Source of the DNA: an uncultured Clostridia bacterium
Lineage (GTDB): Bacteria; Bacillota; Clostridia; TANB77; CAG-508
Direction of reading: 5' to 3'
Assembly: GCA_963558405.1 (NCBI GenBank)
Contig: CAUWGC010000009.1
Coordinates: forward strand, 1 to 64,000
Length of the DNA stretch: 64,000 bases
Position 1 is the first letter of the stretch. Every line of letters starts with the position of its first letter. The translations under genes were made by a program, and so were the position numbers. Under the pieces are notes generated by a model. It made no database searches, was not told where the DNA came from, and saw nothing but the letters and a program-made list of their open reading frames with translations. This document shows, one piece after another, positions 42,171 to 54,100 of the stretch.

Positions 42171-43928
42171 ATGAAAGCTATTGATATAAGAAATACATAT
42201 TTAAATTATTTTAAAGAACATGGACATAAAATTATTCCAAGCAGTCCTGTAATTCCAGAAAATGACCCATCTGTTTTGTTTACAACTGCGGGTATGCAAC
42301 CATTGGTACCATATCTTTTAGGGGAAAAGCATCCAGAAGGAACAAGAATTACAGATTATCAAAAATGTGTACGAACAGTAGATATTGATGAAGTTGGAGA
42401 TAATCGCCATTTAACATTTTTTGAGATGCTAGGAAATTGGTCATTAGGAGACTATTTTAAAGAAGAATCAATACATATGAGTTTTGATTTTTTGACTAAT
42501 TATTTACATATACCAGTAGAAAAATTATCTGTTACATGTTTTGCAGGAGATGATGATGCAGCTCGTGATGAGGTTTCAGCAAATTGTTGGAGAAAAGAAG
42601 GATTACCAGAGGATAGAATATATTTCTTTGGAAAAAAAGAAAATTGGTGGATAGCAGGAGAAGAAGGACCTTGTGGACCAGATACAGAAATGTTTTATGA
42701 TACAGGAAAACCAAAATGTTGCGAAGAATGTAATCCATCTTGCGATTGCGGTAAATATGTTGAAATTTGGAATAATGTATTTATGGAATTTTATAAACAT
42801 GCTGATGGAACTTATACAAAATTAAAACAAAAAAATGTAGATACTGGTTTAGGACTAGAAAGAATGACTATGCTATTACAAGGAAAAGAAACACCATATG
42901 ATACAGAATTATTTGTACCAATAATGGAAAAACTAAAAGAATTAGCAGGTATAGATAACCTTCAAAGTAGAAGAATTGTAGCAGAACATTTACGTTCTAG
43001 CATGATGATTATTGCTGATGGAGGAAGACCAAGTAATATTGACCGTGGATATATATTAAGAAGATTAATACGTAGAATGACAAGATGTTTAAATACTTTA
43101 AAAATAAATTTAGATAATATGCCAGAATTAATAGAGCTAAATATCCAAAATTTAAAAGAAATGTATCCAGAATTAGAACAAAATAAAGAAAATATAAAAC
43201 AAGTAATTATAGAAGAACAAAACAAATTTATGCGTACATTAGAACATGGGGAAAGAGAATTTCAAAAAGTAGTTAAACGTTTAAAAGAAGAAGGAAAAAA
43301 TGAAATTGATGGAAATATTATGTTTAAATTATACGAAACATATGGATTTCCACCAGAAGTAACAGGCGACCTAGCAAAAGAACAAGGATTTACAGTAGAT
43401 ATGACTGCATGTGATAAATTATTTAAAGAACATCAAGAAAAATCAAGACAAGGAAGCGAGCAAAAATTTAAAGGTGGTTTAGCAGAACAAAACGAAATAA
43501 CTATTGCATATCATACAGCAACACATCTTCTTCACAAAGCACTAAAAGTAATATTAGGAGACCATGTAAGACAAAATGGTTCAAATATTACAACAGAAAG
43601 ATTACGTTTTGACTTTAACCATCCACAAAAAATGACTAAAGAAGAAATACAAGCTGTAGAAGATTTAGTAAATCAAAAAATAAAAGAGGATTTACCAGTA
43701 ACATGCGAAGAAATGAGTTTAGAAGATGCAAAAGCATCAGGTGCAACAGGTCTATTTGAAAATAAATACGGAGAAAAAGTAAAAGTATATACAATAGGCG
43801 ATTTTAGTAAAGAAATTTGTGGAGGACCTCATGTTACACATACAGCAGAGTTAGGAACTTTTAAAATAAAAAAAGAAGAATCTAGTAGTAGTGGAGTTCG
43901 AAGGATAAAAGCTATTTTAATAAAATAG
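42171..43928 (+). CDS. alaS: alanine--tRNA ligase (short form, no C-Ala domain)
   Basis: LFTTAGMQP, FFEMLGNWS, EIWNNVFM, HTATH and CGGPH editing motifs. Confidence 0.95.
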   Translation: MKAIDIRNTYLNYFKEHGHKIIPSSPVIPENDPSVLFTTAGMQPLVPYLLGEKHPEGTRITDYQKCVRTVDIDEVGDNRHLTFFEMLGNWSLGDYFKEESIHMSFDFLTNYLHIPVEKLSVTCFAGDDDAARDEVSANCWRKEGLPEDRIYFFGKKENWWIAGEEGPCGPDTEMFYDTGKPKCCEECNPSCDCGKYVEIWNNVFMEFYKHADGTYTKLKQKNVDTGLGLERMTMLLQGKETPYDTELFVPIMEKLKELAGIDNLQSRRIVAEHLRSSMMIIADGGRPSNIDRGYILRRLIRRMTRCLNTLKINLDNMPELIELNIQNLKEMYPELEQNKENIKQVIIEEQNKFMRTLEHGEREFQKVVKRLKEEGKNEIDGNIMFKLYETYGFPPEVTGDLAKEQGFTVDMTACDKLFKEHQEKSRQGSEQKFKGGLAEQNEITIAYHTATHLLHKALKVILGDHVRQNGSNITTERLRFDFNHPQKMTKEEIQAVEDLVNQKIKEDLPVTCEEMSLEDAKASGATGLFENKYGEKVKVYTIGDFSKEICGGPHVTHTAELGTFKIKKEESSSSGVRRIKAILIK

Positions 43929-43940
43929 AGGAGGATAAAA

Positions 43941-44285
43941 ATGGAAGATTGTATTTTTTGTAAAATTGGTAAAGGTGAAATACCTTCAGAAAAAGTATAT
44001 GAAGATGAAGAAATTGTAGCATTTAAAGATATAAATCCAGCTACACCAATTCATATTTTGGTAATTCCAAAAAAGCATATTGAAAAAATAACAGAAATAA
44101 AAAAAGAAGATGAAGCTTTAATAGGAAGAATGTATTCTGTAATTAATAAAATAGCAAAAGAGCAAGGATTTGCAGAAGATGGATTTAGAATGATTGTTAA
44201 TTGTGGAAAAAATGCAGGACAAGAAGTTATGCACTTACATTTTCATATCTTAGCAGGAACTAAAATGGGACCTAAAATAGTATAA
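43941..44285 (+). CDS. hinT: histidine triad (HIT) nucleotide-binding protein
   Basis: DCIFCKI, HLHFH. Confidence 0.93.
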   Translation: MEDCIFCKIGKGEIPSEKVYEDEEIVAFKDINPATPIHILVIPKKHIEKITEIKKEDEALIGRMYSVINKIAKEQGFAEDGFRMIVNCGKNAGQEVMHLHFHILAGTKMGPKIV

Positions 44286-44359
44286 TATTTCAGTGTTAAG
44301 ATAGTAAAACTATCTTGACACTGTTTTTTAAGTTTAAAAAGAAAGGTAGGTATAATAAA

Positions 44360-45178
44360 TTGAAGGTAAAAGACATAGAAGAGTTAAAAAGAATTGCTAA
44401 AGAAATAAGAAAAGGAGTAATAGAAGCCGTATATAACGGAAAATCTGGGCATCCAGGAGGTTCACTATCTTGTGCAGATATTTTATCAGTACTATATTTT
44501 AGCCAAATGAACATAGACCCTAAAAAACCACAAGATATGTCAAGAGATCGTTTTGTTCTTTCAAAAGGACATTGTAGTCCAGCATTATATAGTACACTTG
44601 CACTAAAGGGATATTTTGAAATAGGAGAGCTAAAAAAATTTAGAAAAATAGATAGTATATTACAAGGGCATCCAGATAGAAAACGTATTCCTGGTGTAGA
44701 TATGACAACAGGTTCACTAGGACAAGGACTATCTTGTGCTAATGGTATGGCAATAGCTTCTAAAATGGATAAAGCTGGTTATCGCGTATATTGTTTATTG
44801 GGAGATGGGGAAATAGAAGAAGGACAAATTTGGGAAGCATGTATGACAGCTAGCAAATATAAGCTAGATAATCTATGCGTTATTGTAGACAATAACAATT
44901 TACAAATAGATGGAACAATAGAAGAAGTAATGAGTCCATACCCAATAGGTTTAAAATTTCAAAGCTTTGGGTTTAATGTCATAGAAGTCAATGGACATAA
45001 CATAGAAAGTTTAATAGATGCTTTTGAAGATGCTAAAAATGTAAAAGGTAAGCCAACAGTAATAATAGCTAAAACTATAAAAGGTAAAGGTGTTTCATTT
45101 ATGGAAAATCAAGTCGGATGGCATGGAAAAGCACCAAATGAAGAACAATATAAACAGGCTATACAAGAATTAAGTTAA
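44360..45178 (+). CDS. transketolase N-terminal subunit
   Basis: SGHPGGSLS, LSKGH, GDGEIEEG; probable TTG start at 44360. Confidence 0.93.
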   Translation: MKVKDIEELKRIAKEIRKGVIEAVYNGKSGHPGGSLSCADILSVLYFSQMNIDPKKPQDMSRDRFVLSKGHCSPALYSTLALKGYFEIGELKKFRKIDSILQGHPDRKRIPGVDMTTGSLGQGLSCANGMAIASKMDKAGYRVYCLLGDGEIEEGQIWEACMTASKYKLDNLCVIVDNNNLQIDGTIEEVMSPYPIGLKFQSFGFNVIEVNGHNIESLIDAFEDAKNVKGKPTVIIAKTIKGKGVSFMENQVGWHGKAPNEEQYKQAIQELS

Positions 45179-45196
45179 TATGGAGGCGAAAGAATA

Positions 45197-46135
45197 ATGA
45201 ATTTAGAAATAAAAAAAGCAACTAGGCAAAGTTATGGAGAAGCTTTACTTAGTTTAGGAGAAGAAAATAAAAATATAGTGGTATTGGATGCAGATTTAGC
45301 GGGGGCAACTAAAACAGAACTATTTGCAAAAACATTTCCAGAAAGATTTTTTGATATAGGTATTGCAGAACAAGATTTAATGTCAACTGCAGCAGGACTT
45401 GCAACATGCGATAAAATACCATATGCATCAACTTTTGCAGTGTTTGCAGCAGGAAGAGCTTATGATCAAATTAGAAATAGTATTTGTTATCCAGAACTAA
45501 ATGTAAAAATAGTAGCAACACATGCAGGAATAACAGTTGGTGAAGATGGTGCAACACATCAAATGCTAGAAGATTTAAGCCTAATGCGTACTATTCCTAA
45601 TATGACAGTAATGTGTACATCAGACGATACTGAAACAAAATGGGCAATAAAAGAAATAGCAAAAATAAAAGGACCAGTGTATTTAAGATTATCAAGACTT
45701 GCAACACCTATTATATATGACGAAAACGAAACTTTTGAAATAGGAAAAGCAAAACAAATAGGAGAAGGAAAAGATTGTACTATATTTGCTACTGGAGTAA
45801 TGGTATCAGAAGCAATAAAAGCTAAAGAAAAATTAAAAAAAGAAGATATAAATGTAAGAGTAGTAGATATTCATACAATCAAACCAATAGATAAAGAAAT
45901 AATAATAAAATCAGCTAAAGAAACAAAAAAACTAATTTCTATAGAAGACCATAGCATAATAGGAGGATTAGGAACTGCAATTGCAGAAGTATTATCAGAA
46001 GAATATCCAAGTAAATTAATTAGAATGGGAATGAAAGATGAATTTGGAAAATCTGGTAAAGCAGAAGATTTAATGAAACATTTTCATTTAACAGCGGAAG
46101 ATATTATAAAAGAAGTAAAAAAAGATAGTTTGTAA
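45197..46135 (+). CDS. transketolase C-terminal subunit
   Basis: GIAEQ, GEDGATHQ, TIKPID, GGLG. Confidence 0.93.
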   Translation: MNLEIKKATRQSYGEALLSLGEENKNIVVLDADLAGATKTELFAKTFPERFFDIGIAEQDLMSTAAGLATCDKIPYASTFAVFAAGRAYDQIRNSICYPELNVKIVATHAGITVGEDGATHQMLEDLSLMRTIPNMTVMCTSDDTETKWAIKEIAKIKGPVYLRLSRLATPIIYDENETFEIGKAKQIGEGKDCTIFATGVMVSEAIKAKEKLKKEDINVRVVDIHTIKPIDKEIIIKSAKETKKLISIEDHSIIGGLGTAIAEVLSEEYPSKLIRMGMKDEFGKSGKAEDLMKHFHLTAEDIIKEVKKDSL

Positions 46136-46309
46136 ATTTTTTGTGAATTATGCAAAATGGCGAAAGAATAAGAAAAACGATATAAGAGTGAAAAAAATTA
46201 AACTTTTATGTCGTTTTTTTGTATTTAAAGTGTTGCAATTCTATTAGTTTATTGTTATGATAAGATTGGTATTGATGTATACATACATATAAACTTTAAG
46301 GAGTTAAAT

Positions 46310-46993
46310 ATGATTGAATTTAGAAATGTTAAAAAAACTTATGGAACAGGTACAGAAGCTGTTAAAAATGCAAGTTTTGTTATAAATAAAGGAGAGTTTG
46401 CTTTCTTAGTTGGTAGCTCTGGTTCTGGAAAGTCTACTCTTATTAAACTTATTTTAAAAGAAGAAGAACCTACTTCTGGAAATATTATTATTAATGGAAA
46501 AGATACAACTTTTTTAAAGCCAGCAAGAGTACCATACTTAAGAAGAAGTATGGGAGTAGTATTCCAAGATTTTAGATTGTTACCAGATAAAACTGTATAT
46601 GAAAATGTTGCTTTTGCTATGTATATTGTAAAAGCAACACCAAGACATATAAGAAGACAAGTTCCAATGGTGCTTTCTTTAGTAGGTTTAAGTGGAAAAG
46701 CAAAAATGTATCCAAATGAACTTTCTGGTGGAGAACAACAAAGAGTTGCTTTAGCAAGAGCATTAGTAAATAATCCTTCTATGTTAATAGCTGACGAACC
46801 TACAGGAAATTTGGATCCTGATACTGCATGGGAAATTATGAATTTGTTAAATGAAATTAATATGAGAGGAACAACGGTAGTAGTAGCAACACATGCTAAA
46901 GATATTGTAGATAAGATGAATAAAAGAGTTATTCATTTAAGCAAAGGCAATATAATAAGTGATAAAAAAGGTGGGTATGATTGTGAGATTTAA
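46310..46993 (+). CDS. ftsE: cell division ATP-binding protein FtsE
   Basis: GSSGSGKST, VFQDFRLL, LSGGEQQRV, ADEPTGNLD. Confidence 0.95.
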   Translation: MIEFRNVKKTYGTGTEAVKNASFVINKGEFAFLVGSSGSGKSTLIKLILKEEEPTSGNIIINGKDTTFLKPARVPYLRRSMGVVFQDFRLLPDKTVYENVAFAMYIVKATPRHIRRQVPMVLSLVGLSGKAKMYPNELSGGEQQRVALARALVNNPSMLIADEPTGNLDPDTAWEIMNLLNEINMRGTTVVVATHAKDIVDKMNKRVIHLSKGNIISDKKGGYDCEI

Positions 46994-47882
46994 TATAATT
47001 GGGTATTTAATTAGAGATGGTTTACAAAATGTATTTAAAAATAGAAAGTCTACTATATCTTCTCTTACAATTATGTGTGCAACAATGCTTGTGTTTGGTA
47101 TATTTTTCTTAATAGGAGAAAATGTTAATTACATTATAAATACTGTAGAACAAGCACAAGGAATAGAAGTTTTTATAAATAATGATACAACAGAAGAAGA
47201 AATAGCAGAATTAGGAGAAAAAATACGTGCAATAGAAGCGGTAAACAAAGTTGAATATGTTACAAAAGAGCAAGCACTTAATAGACTAAAAGAAAGACTA
47301 AAAGACCAATCATATGTACTAGAAATATACGAAAAAAACAATATATTACCAACTTCTTATATTGTAACACTTACAGATTTAGCTAAAAGTAAAGAAGTAC
47401 AAGAACAAATTATGACTTTTGACCATGTAAAAGAAATTACTAGTAGTGATCAAACAATATCTACACTATTAAAAATAGCAAATGGAATTAGAATTGGTAC
47501 AGGAGTATTTTTAATATTCTTAATTATTATTTCTGTATTTATTATATCTAATACTATAAAACTTAGTGTACATTCTAGAAGAAAAGAAATATCAATAATG
47601 AAATATGTTGGTGCAACAAATAGTTTTATAAGATGGCCATTTATTATAGAAGGTATTGTTATTGGAATAATGGCAGCGCTTCTTTCAATCTTAATTATAG
47701 GATTATTATATAATGTAGTAGCAGGAAAGATTATGGAATCTTCTGTAGTTGCATTAATAAATATTTCACTATTAAGTTTTTCAGAAATGTTCAATCTAAT
47801 TATAATTGTTTATATGGCATTAGGAATAGGAGTAGGTGTTTTAGGAAGTGCTATCTCTATGAGAAAATATTTAGAAGTATAG
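46977..47882 (+). CDS. ftsX: cell division permease FtsX
   Basis: 4 TM helices; ISNTIKL...RRKEISIMKYVGAT..FIRWPF. Confidence 0.95.
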   Translation: MIVRFNIIGYLIRDGLQNVFKNRKSTISSLTIMCATMLVFGIFFLIGENVNYIINTVEQAQGIEVFINNDTTEEEIAELGEKIRAIEAVNKVEYVTKEQALNRLKERLKDQSYVLEIYEKNNILPTSYIVTLTDLAKSKEVQEQIMTFDHVKEITSSDQTISTLLKIANGIRIGTGVFLIFLIIISVFIISNTIKLSVHSRRKEISIMKYVGATNSFIRWPFIIEGIVIGIMAALLSILIIGLLYNVVAGKIMESSVVALINISLLSFSEMFNLIIIVYMALGIGVGVLGSAISMRKYLEV

Positions 47883-47892
47883 GAGAAAAACT

Positions 47893-49095
47893 ATGAAAAA
47901 GAATCGTATAGCAATATTTGTTTTGATTCTAATAATCTTATGTTCTTCTATGGTATTTGCAGAAGATGATGCATTGCAAAATTTACAAAATCAAAAAAAT
48001 GAAATTACGGAACAAATTGATAACACAAATGAAGAACTTTTAAAAATTCAAAATGAAATGACAGATACTTTAATACAAGTATCTGGATTAGAAGAAAAAA
48101 TGCATGGATATGAATCCGAGGTGGAAGAACTAACATTAAAATTAAACAATATAAAAAAAGAGGCAGAGCAAACTGAACAAGAACTAAAAGTATTAGAAGA
48201 AAATTATCAAAAACAGACAAAGGCACTTGATGAAAGAATAATTGCAATTTATGAAGCAGGAGAAACAAATTATTTAGATGTACTTTTAAGTTCAAGAACT
48301 CTATCAGACTTTATATCAAACTATTATGCAATTTCACAATTAGTACAATATGATGTTAGTTTAATAGAAACAATAGAAACTCAAAAACATGATATGGAAA
48401 TAAAAAAAGCATCATTGGAAAATCAAAAAGAACAAATAAAAACATTAAAGCAAAAACAAGAAAAAGTAGCTACTGTATTGGAAAATACAAAGATTGTTTA
48501 CAATAATTATTACAACCAATTAACAGAACAAGAAAAGCAAACACAAACAAAATTACAAGAATTTGAAGAGCAACAAAGATTAATAGAAGAAGAAATTCAA
48601 AGATTATTAATTCAAAATTTAAGTCCAGAATATATAGGTGGTCAAATGGCTTGGCCAACACCAGGATATACTAGAATTACTTCTCCATATGGAATGAGAA
48701 ATCATCCTATAACAGGAGTATATAAATTACATACAGGAGTGGATTTAGGAGCTCCATATGGATCAAATTTTATTTCAGCAGCAGATGGAACAGTAATAAA
48801 AGCAGGATATAATACGGCTTATGGAAATATGGTAATTGTTGATCATGGAGGAGGTGTTTCTACTTTATATGCTCATGGTTCTAAAATTATGGTAGAAGTT
48901 GGACAAACTGTAAAAAAAGGTGATATTATTTTAAAAGTAGGGTCTACTGGATATTCTACAGGACCGCATGCACATTTTGAAGTAAGAGTAAACGGAAAAT
49001 GTGTTGACCCAATGCCTTACATAACAAATACAAATAATGATCAAAACTCAAATAATACAGTAAATAATGAACAAGTAGTAAATGTTGAAATGTAA
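47893..49095 (+). CDS. coiled-coil M23 peptidase (FtsEX-associated murein hydrolase/activator)
   Basis: Signal peptide, long coiled coil, HTGVD and HAHFE. Confidence 0.9.
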   Translation: MKKNRIAIFVLILIILCSSMVFAEDDALQNLQNQKNEITEQIDNTNEELLKIQNEMTDTLIQVSGLEEKMHGYESEVEELTLKLNNIKKEAEQTEQELKVLEENYQKQTKALDERIIAIYEAGETNYLDVLLSSRTLSDFISNYYAISQLVQYDVSLIETIETQKHDMEIKKASLENQKEQIKTLKQKQEKVATVLENTKIVYNNYYNQLTEQEKQTQTKLQEFEEQQRLIEEEIQRLLIQNLSPEYIGGQMAWPTPGYTRITSPYGMRNHPITGVYKLHTGVDLGAPYGSNFISAADGTVIKAGYNTAYGNMVIVDHGGGVSTLYAHGSKIMVEVGQTVKKGDIILKVGSTGYSTGPHAHFEVRVNGKCVDPMPYITNTNNDQNSNNTVNNEQVVNVEM

Positions 49096-49132
49096 TAAAA
49101 AAATAATAAAAAATAAAAATACGGAGGAAAAA

Positions 49133-50395
49133 ATGAGAAAATCACTAAAAATGATTGCAATAGCAATTATTACAATCCTTTTATTAACTAATATTGTAAT
49201 GGCAGATGAAAAATCAGACTTAAAAGAACAACAAGAAGAATCGCAAAGAAAAGAAAAAGAAGCAGAAGAAAGAAAAAAAGAAGTACAAGCTTCAATGACA
49301 GAAACAGAAAAAGAAATACAAGAAGTTCAAGGACAAATTTCACAATATGAAAATGAAATAGACGAATTAGATGATAAAATTACAGAATTAAATGATTCAA
49401 TAGATCAAGCAGAAAAAGAAATAGAAGAAAAACAAAAAAAACATGATGAAACCCAAGCAGCATTAGATGAGAGAATTGTAACTATTTATGAAGCAGGAGA
49501 AACTACATTTTTAGATGTATTATTAGGTTCTGAAAGTTTTACAGATATGCTATCAAATTATTATGCTTATTCACAATTAGCAAAATATGATATAGACTTA
49601 ATGGAAACTATTCAAAAAGAAAAAGAAGAAATAGAATCAGCCAAAGCTAAATTAGAACAAGATAAAAATGAAGTTCAAGATGCAAAAGCACAAAAAGAAA
49701 AGAAATCTCAAGAATTAAAAGCTGCAAAGGCTGCAAAAAATGCATATTATGATCAATTATCAGAAGAAGATAAAAAATTAGCAGACGAGTTAGAGCAATT
49801 CCAAGCAGATCAGGAAGAAATTGAAAATAAATTAGCAGAAATTGCAAGAAAAGAAGAAGAAGAAAGAAAAAAACAAGAACAAGAAAATGGTGGAGGAAGC
49901 AGTAATATAGATATTTCTGGAACACCAAGTAGCAGTGGATATATAAGCCCAATAGCCGGACTTACAAAAGCAAACATCACATGTGGATTTTATGGATATT
50001 CAGGCCATACTGGAGTAGATTTTAGTGGTGGACTATATGGAAGAGAAGTAAGAGCAGTAAAAGGTGGAACAGTAGAAATTTCAAAATCTACTTATGGAAC
50101 TATTCCAAACTATGGATCTAACGGTACTTATGTAGGTTCTTATCGTAGCTATGGAGAATATATTATTATAAATCATCATGATGGAACAATGACACTTTAT
50201 GCACACGGAGCACCAGGTTCTAGAAAAGTTTCAGCAGGACAAGAAGTAAGTCAAGGACAAGTTATTATGAATGTAGGAAATACAGGAAATGTACTTCCAA
50301 GACCTACACCAGGAGATCCTACAAGAGGAACACACTTACACTTTGAAGTAAGAGTTGGAGGAAGATGTGTAAATCCTGCACCATATTTACCATAG
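49133..50395 (+). CDS. second coiled-coil M23 peptidase
   Basis: GGAGG RBS, signal peptide, coiled coil, HTGVD and HLHFE. Confidence 0.9.
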   Translation: MRKSLKMIAIAIITILLLTNIVMADEKSDLKEQQEESQRKEKEAEERKKEVQASMTETEKEIQEVQGQISQYENEIDELDDKITELNDSIDQAEKEIEEKQKKHDETQAALDERIVTIYEAGETTFLDVLLGSESFTDMLSNYYAYSQLAKYDIDLMETIQKEKEEIESAKAKLEQDKNEVQDAKAQKEKKSQELKAAKAAKNAYYDQLSEEDKKLADELEQFQADQEEIENKLAEIARKEEEERKKQEQENGGGSSNIDISGTPSSSGYISPIAGLTKANITCGFYGYSGHTGVDFSGGLYGREVRAVKGGTVEISKSTYGTIPNYGSNGTYVGSYRSYGEYIIINHHDGTMTLYAHGAPGSRKVSAGQEVSQGQVIMNVGNTGNVLPRPTPGDPTRGTHLHFEVRVGGRCVNPAPYLP

Positions 50396-50494
50396 TATAA
50401 GAAATAATATAAAAAGAAGCATAATAAGAATTTAATATCTTATTATGTTTCTTTTTTAGTAAAATTATTTTTTATCTTAAAAAAATTACGTTTA

Positions 50495-50929
50495 TTATAA
50501 GAACTCTTTCATTTTTTCTACATTATTTTCTTGAAAAGTAATAAAATGGTTTAAAATAGTTTTTACTTCTTCATCTGCTTTAGGATTATGATTTATCAAT
50601 TTTTTACATTCAATAATTCCCATTGTAGAACCTTGAATTAAAAGTTCTGCAATTTTAGAATTACTTTTATCTGTTAAAGTATTCATTTGAACACCCATCC
50701 AACTCATCATTTTATTAGAAGCTTTTTCATCATCAGGAATTTCACCATATTTTTGAAATTCCTTATTAACTCTATTTTCAATTTTTTCATACTCTGCATA
50801 TTGAAAAGATAAATTATCTTTCATAACAGGTTCACCAACTTTTTCAGCAACATAAGAAATAGAATCTTTTCCCATTTGTACAGCTTTATTAATTTCATTT
50901 AAAATTGTTAAATTAATATTTTCATCCAT
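50495..50929 (-). CDS. hypothetical protein, ferritin-like helical fold (possibly sporulation-related)
   Basis: AGGAGG RBS; SKIAELLIQGSTMG; terminator at about 50411-50457. Confidence 0.7.
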   Translation of the reverse strand: MDENINLTILNEINKAVQMGKDSISYVAEKVGEPVMKDNLSFQYAEYEKIENRVNKEFQKYGEIPDDEKASNKMMSWMGVQMNTLTDKSNSKIAELLIQGSTMGIIECKKLINHNPKADEEVKTILNHFITFQENNVEKMKEFL

Positions 50930-51151
50930 AAAATTAATCCTCCTAAAATTTATAATATAATAACATTATGTCCAATATAAAAAAAATCATGTCAGTAGGG
51001 ACGTTCCTTTTTGACAGTAAAATAAAAAATTATAATATATTATAGTAAATTATGGAAAAATTAAAATTGACATACTTGTTTTTAAATTAAAAATATTATA
51101 AACTATTAAAAGAATATATAGATATTTACTTTTTTAGGAGGAAAGCTATAG

Positions 51152-54100
51152 ATGAAATGGACAAAAGAACAAGAACAAGCTATTTTAGAAAGTGGAGCAA
51201 ATATATTAGTTGCTGCAGCTGCTGGTAGTGGAAAAACAGCTGTGCTGGTAGAAAGAATAATTAATAAAATTATAAATCAAAAAGTAGATATTGATTCAAT
51301 TTTAATTGTAACATTTACAAATGCTGCTGCTTCTGAAATGCGTGAAAGAATAGTTAATGCTATATATAAAAAGTTAGAAACAAACCCAGAAGATAGTCAC
51401 TTACAAAAACAATTAATATTATTAAACAGAGCAAGTATTTGTACTATTCATTCTTTTTGTTTAGAAGTAATACGCAATCATTTTTACGAGACATTAGAAT
51501 CTGCAAACTTTCAAATAGGTGATTCAGCGGAAATGGAATTACTAAAACAAGAAGTAATGGAAGAAATGTTTGAAGAAAAATATGAAGCAAAAGACAAAGA
51601 TTTTATTTTGCTATTAGATACATATACTGCTTATGATGATGACACAAAATTAAAGGAATTATTGTTTAATATTTATAAGTTTATTCAAAGTAGTCCTTTT
51701 CCTAAAGAAACATTAGAAACAATAATAAAAGAGCTAAAAATAGAAAACAATCAAATGGGTTTTGAACAAAACAAATGGGGAAAAGTTCTATTACAGGAAG
51801 TAGAAAGAGAAATATGTGGATATCAGACAGAATTAAAAAATATACTAAAAAAGATGAATAGATTTCCAGAACTAGAAAAATTTATACGTGTAATTCAAAC
51901 AGATTTAGAACAATTTGAAAATTTGCAAAAATCACTTTATAGTTTTGATAAAGCATATAATGTATCTCAAACAATTGATTTAAAAAAATGGCCAATTGAT
52001 CGTAAAGTAGAAAATCCTTTAAAGGAAACTGCTAAAAAAACAAGAGATAAAATAAGAAAAAAATATGATAGTGTAAAAGAAAAAATATTATGTTGTGATT
52101 CAATAACTGCTAACAAAGAGTTAGAAGAAATGTATCCTATTTTAAGCGCAATACAAGATTTGTTAATTGAATTTATGGAACGCTTTACTAAAGCAAAAAG
52201 AGAAAAAAACAAAATAGATTTTAATGATATTGAACATTTGGCACTAAATTTATTATTAAAGAAAAATGAAAATGGAGTTTACCAAAAAACTAAGATAGCA
52301 GAAGAATATACAAATAAATTTACTCAAATTGCTATTGATGAATATCAAGATAGTAATTTGGTACAAGAAAGTATTTTAAAATCAATTTCAAATGGTCACA
52401 ATTTGTTTATGGTAGGAGATATTAAACAAAGTATATATCGTTTTAGACAAGCAAGACCTCAATTGTTTTTAGATAAATATAAATCATATGTGTTAAAAGA
52501 AGAACAAAAAGAAAATGAAGATATAAAAATTCCACTTTTTAAAAATTTTAGAAGTAGAAAAAATGTATTAGATATAACAAATTTAATTTTTGAATCTATA
52601 ATGAGCGAAGAATTAGGAGAGATAGATTATAATACTAATGAATACTTAAATTTAGGAGCAGATTTTAAAGAACCAGAAGAAAATATTTTATATGCAGGTA
52701 AAGCAGAATTACATATTGTAAATTTAAAAGAAACAGATGAAGAAGAAACAGAAGAATTAGAAGAACCAATAGAAAATACTGTATTAGAAGCAAAAATGGT
52801 TGCTAAAAAGATAAAAGAAATTTTAGATTCTGATTACAAGGTATATGATAGAAGAATTGAAAACTATAGGAAAGCATCATATAAAGATATTGTAATATTA
52901 TTAAGAGCAACAAGCAGTCTTGCTTCTGTATATGAAAAAGAGTTACATAAATTAGAAATGCCAGTATTTACAGATGTAAACACTGAATATATTACTTCTA
53001 CAGAGGTAGAAATGATATTAAATATTTTAAAAATATTAGATAACCCAATACAAGACATTCCTCTTGTTAGTGTGCTACGTTCCCCTATATTTAATTTTTC
53101 GGATAATGACTTAATTAAAATAAGAATAGAAGACAGAAATAATTCATTTTATCAAGCTCTCCAAAAAGCTAGAATGACAATGGATGAAAAATTAAAAGAA
53201 AAGATAGAAATGTTTTTTGAAAAATTACAAAAATGGCAAAAACAAGCTGAATATATGGCATTGGACGAGTTAATTTGGATGATTTATATAGATACAGGAT
53301 ATTATTATTATGTAGGTCTGTTGCCAAACGGAGAAATGAGACAGGCAAATTTAAAAATGTTATTTGAAAGAGCAAGAGAATATCAAACATCAAGTTTTAA
53401 AGGAATTTTTCAATTTTTAAACTTTATAGATAAACTAAAAGAATCAAGTGGAGATTTAGGTGCAGCAAAGTTAATTGGAGAAAACGAAGATGTAATTCGT
53501 ATTATGAGTATTCATAAAAGTAAAGGATTAGAGTTTCCAATAGTATTTTTGTGTAATAGTAATAAAAAATTTAATATGCAAGATTTAAATGAAGAAATTA
53601 TTCTACATGAAGACTTAGGAATAGGACCTAGATATATTAATAGAGAAGAACAAAAAGAATATTCAACACTTGCATTAGAAGCAATAAAAGTACAAACAAA
53701 AAGAGAAACAATATCAGAAGAAATGAGAATATTATATGTAGCTTTAACTAGAAGCAAAGAAAAGCTATATATAACAGGAGTAAGTAAAGATTGGGAAAAA
53801 GAGATAAAGAAAAAAGAAGAAGAAATAGAAAAATACGAAATACAGGATAAATTAGATAGCAATTTAGTACAAAAATGTAAAAGTTACTTAGATTGGATAG
53901 AATTAGTATACTTAACAAGAAAAAAAGAAATGGAAGAACTATTAGAAATACATGAACATTTAAAAAAAGAAATAGTAGAAGAAAATATAAAAGAGGAAAA
54001 TACAATTTCAATAGAAGAAATATTAGAAAATAAAAATGTAGAAGAAAAACAAGTAAAAGAAATAAAAAAAATACTAGAATGGGAATATCCATATATGGAA

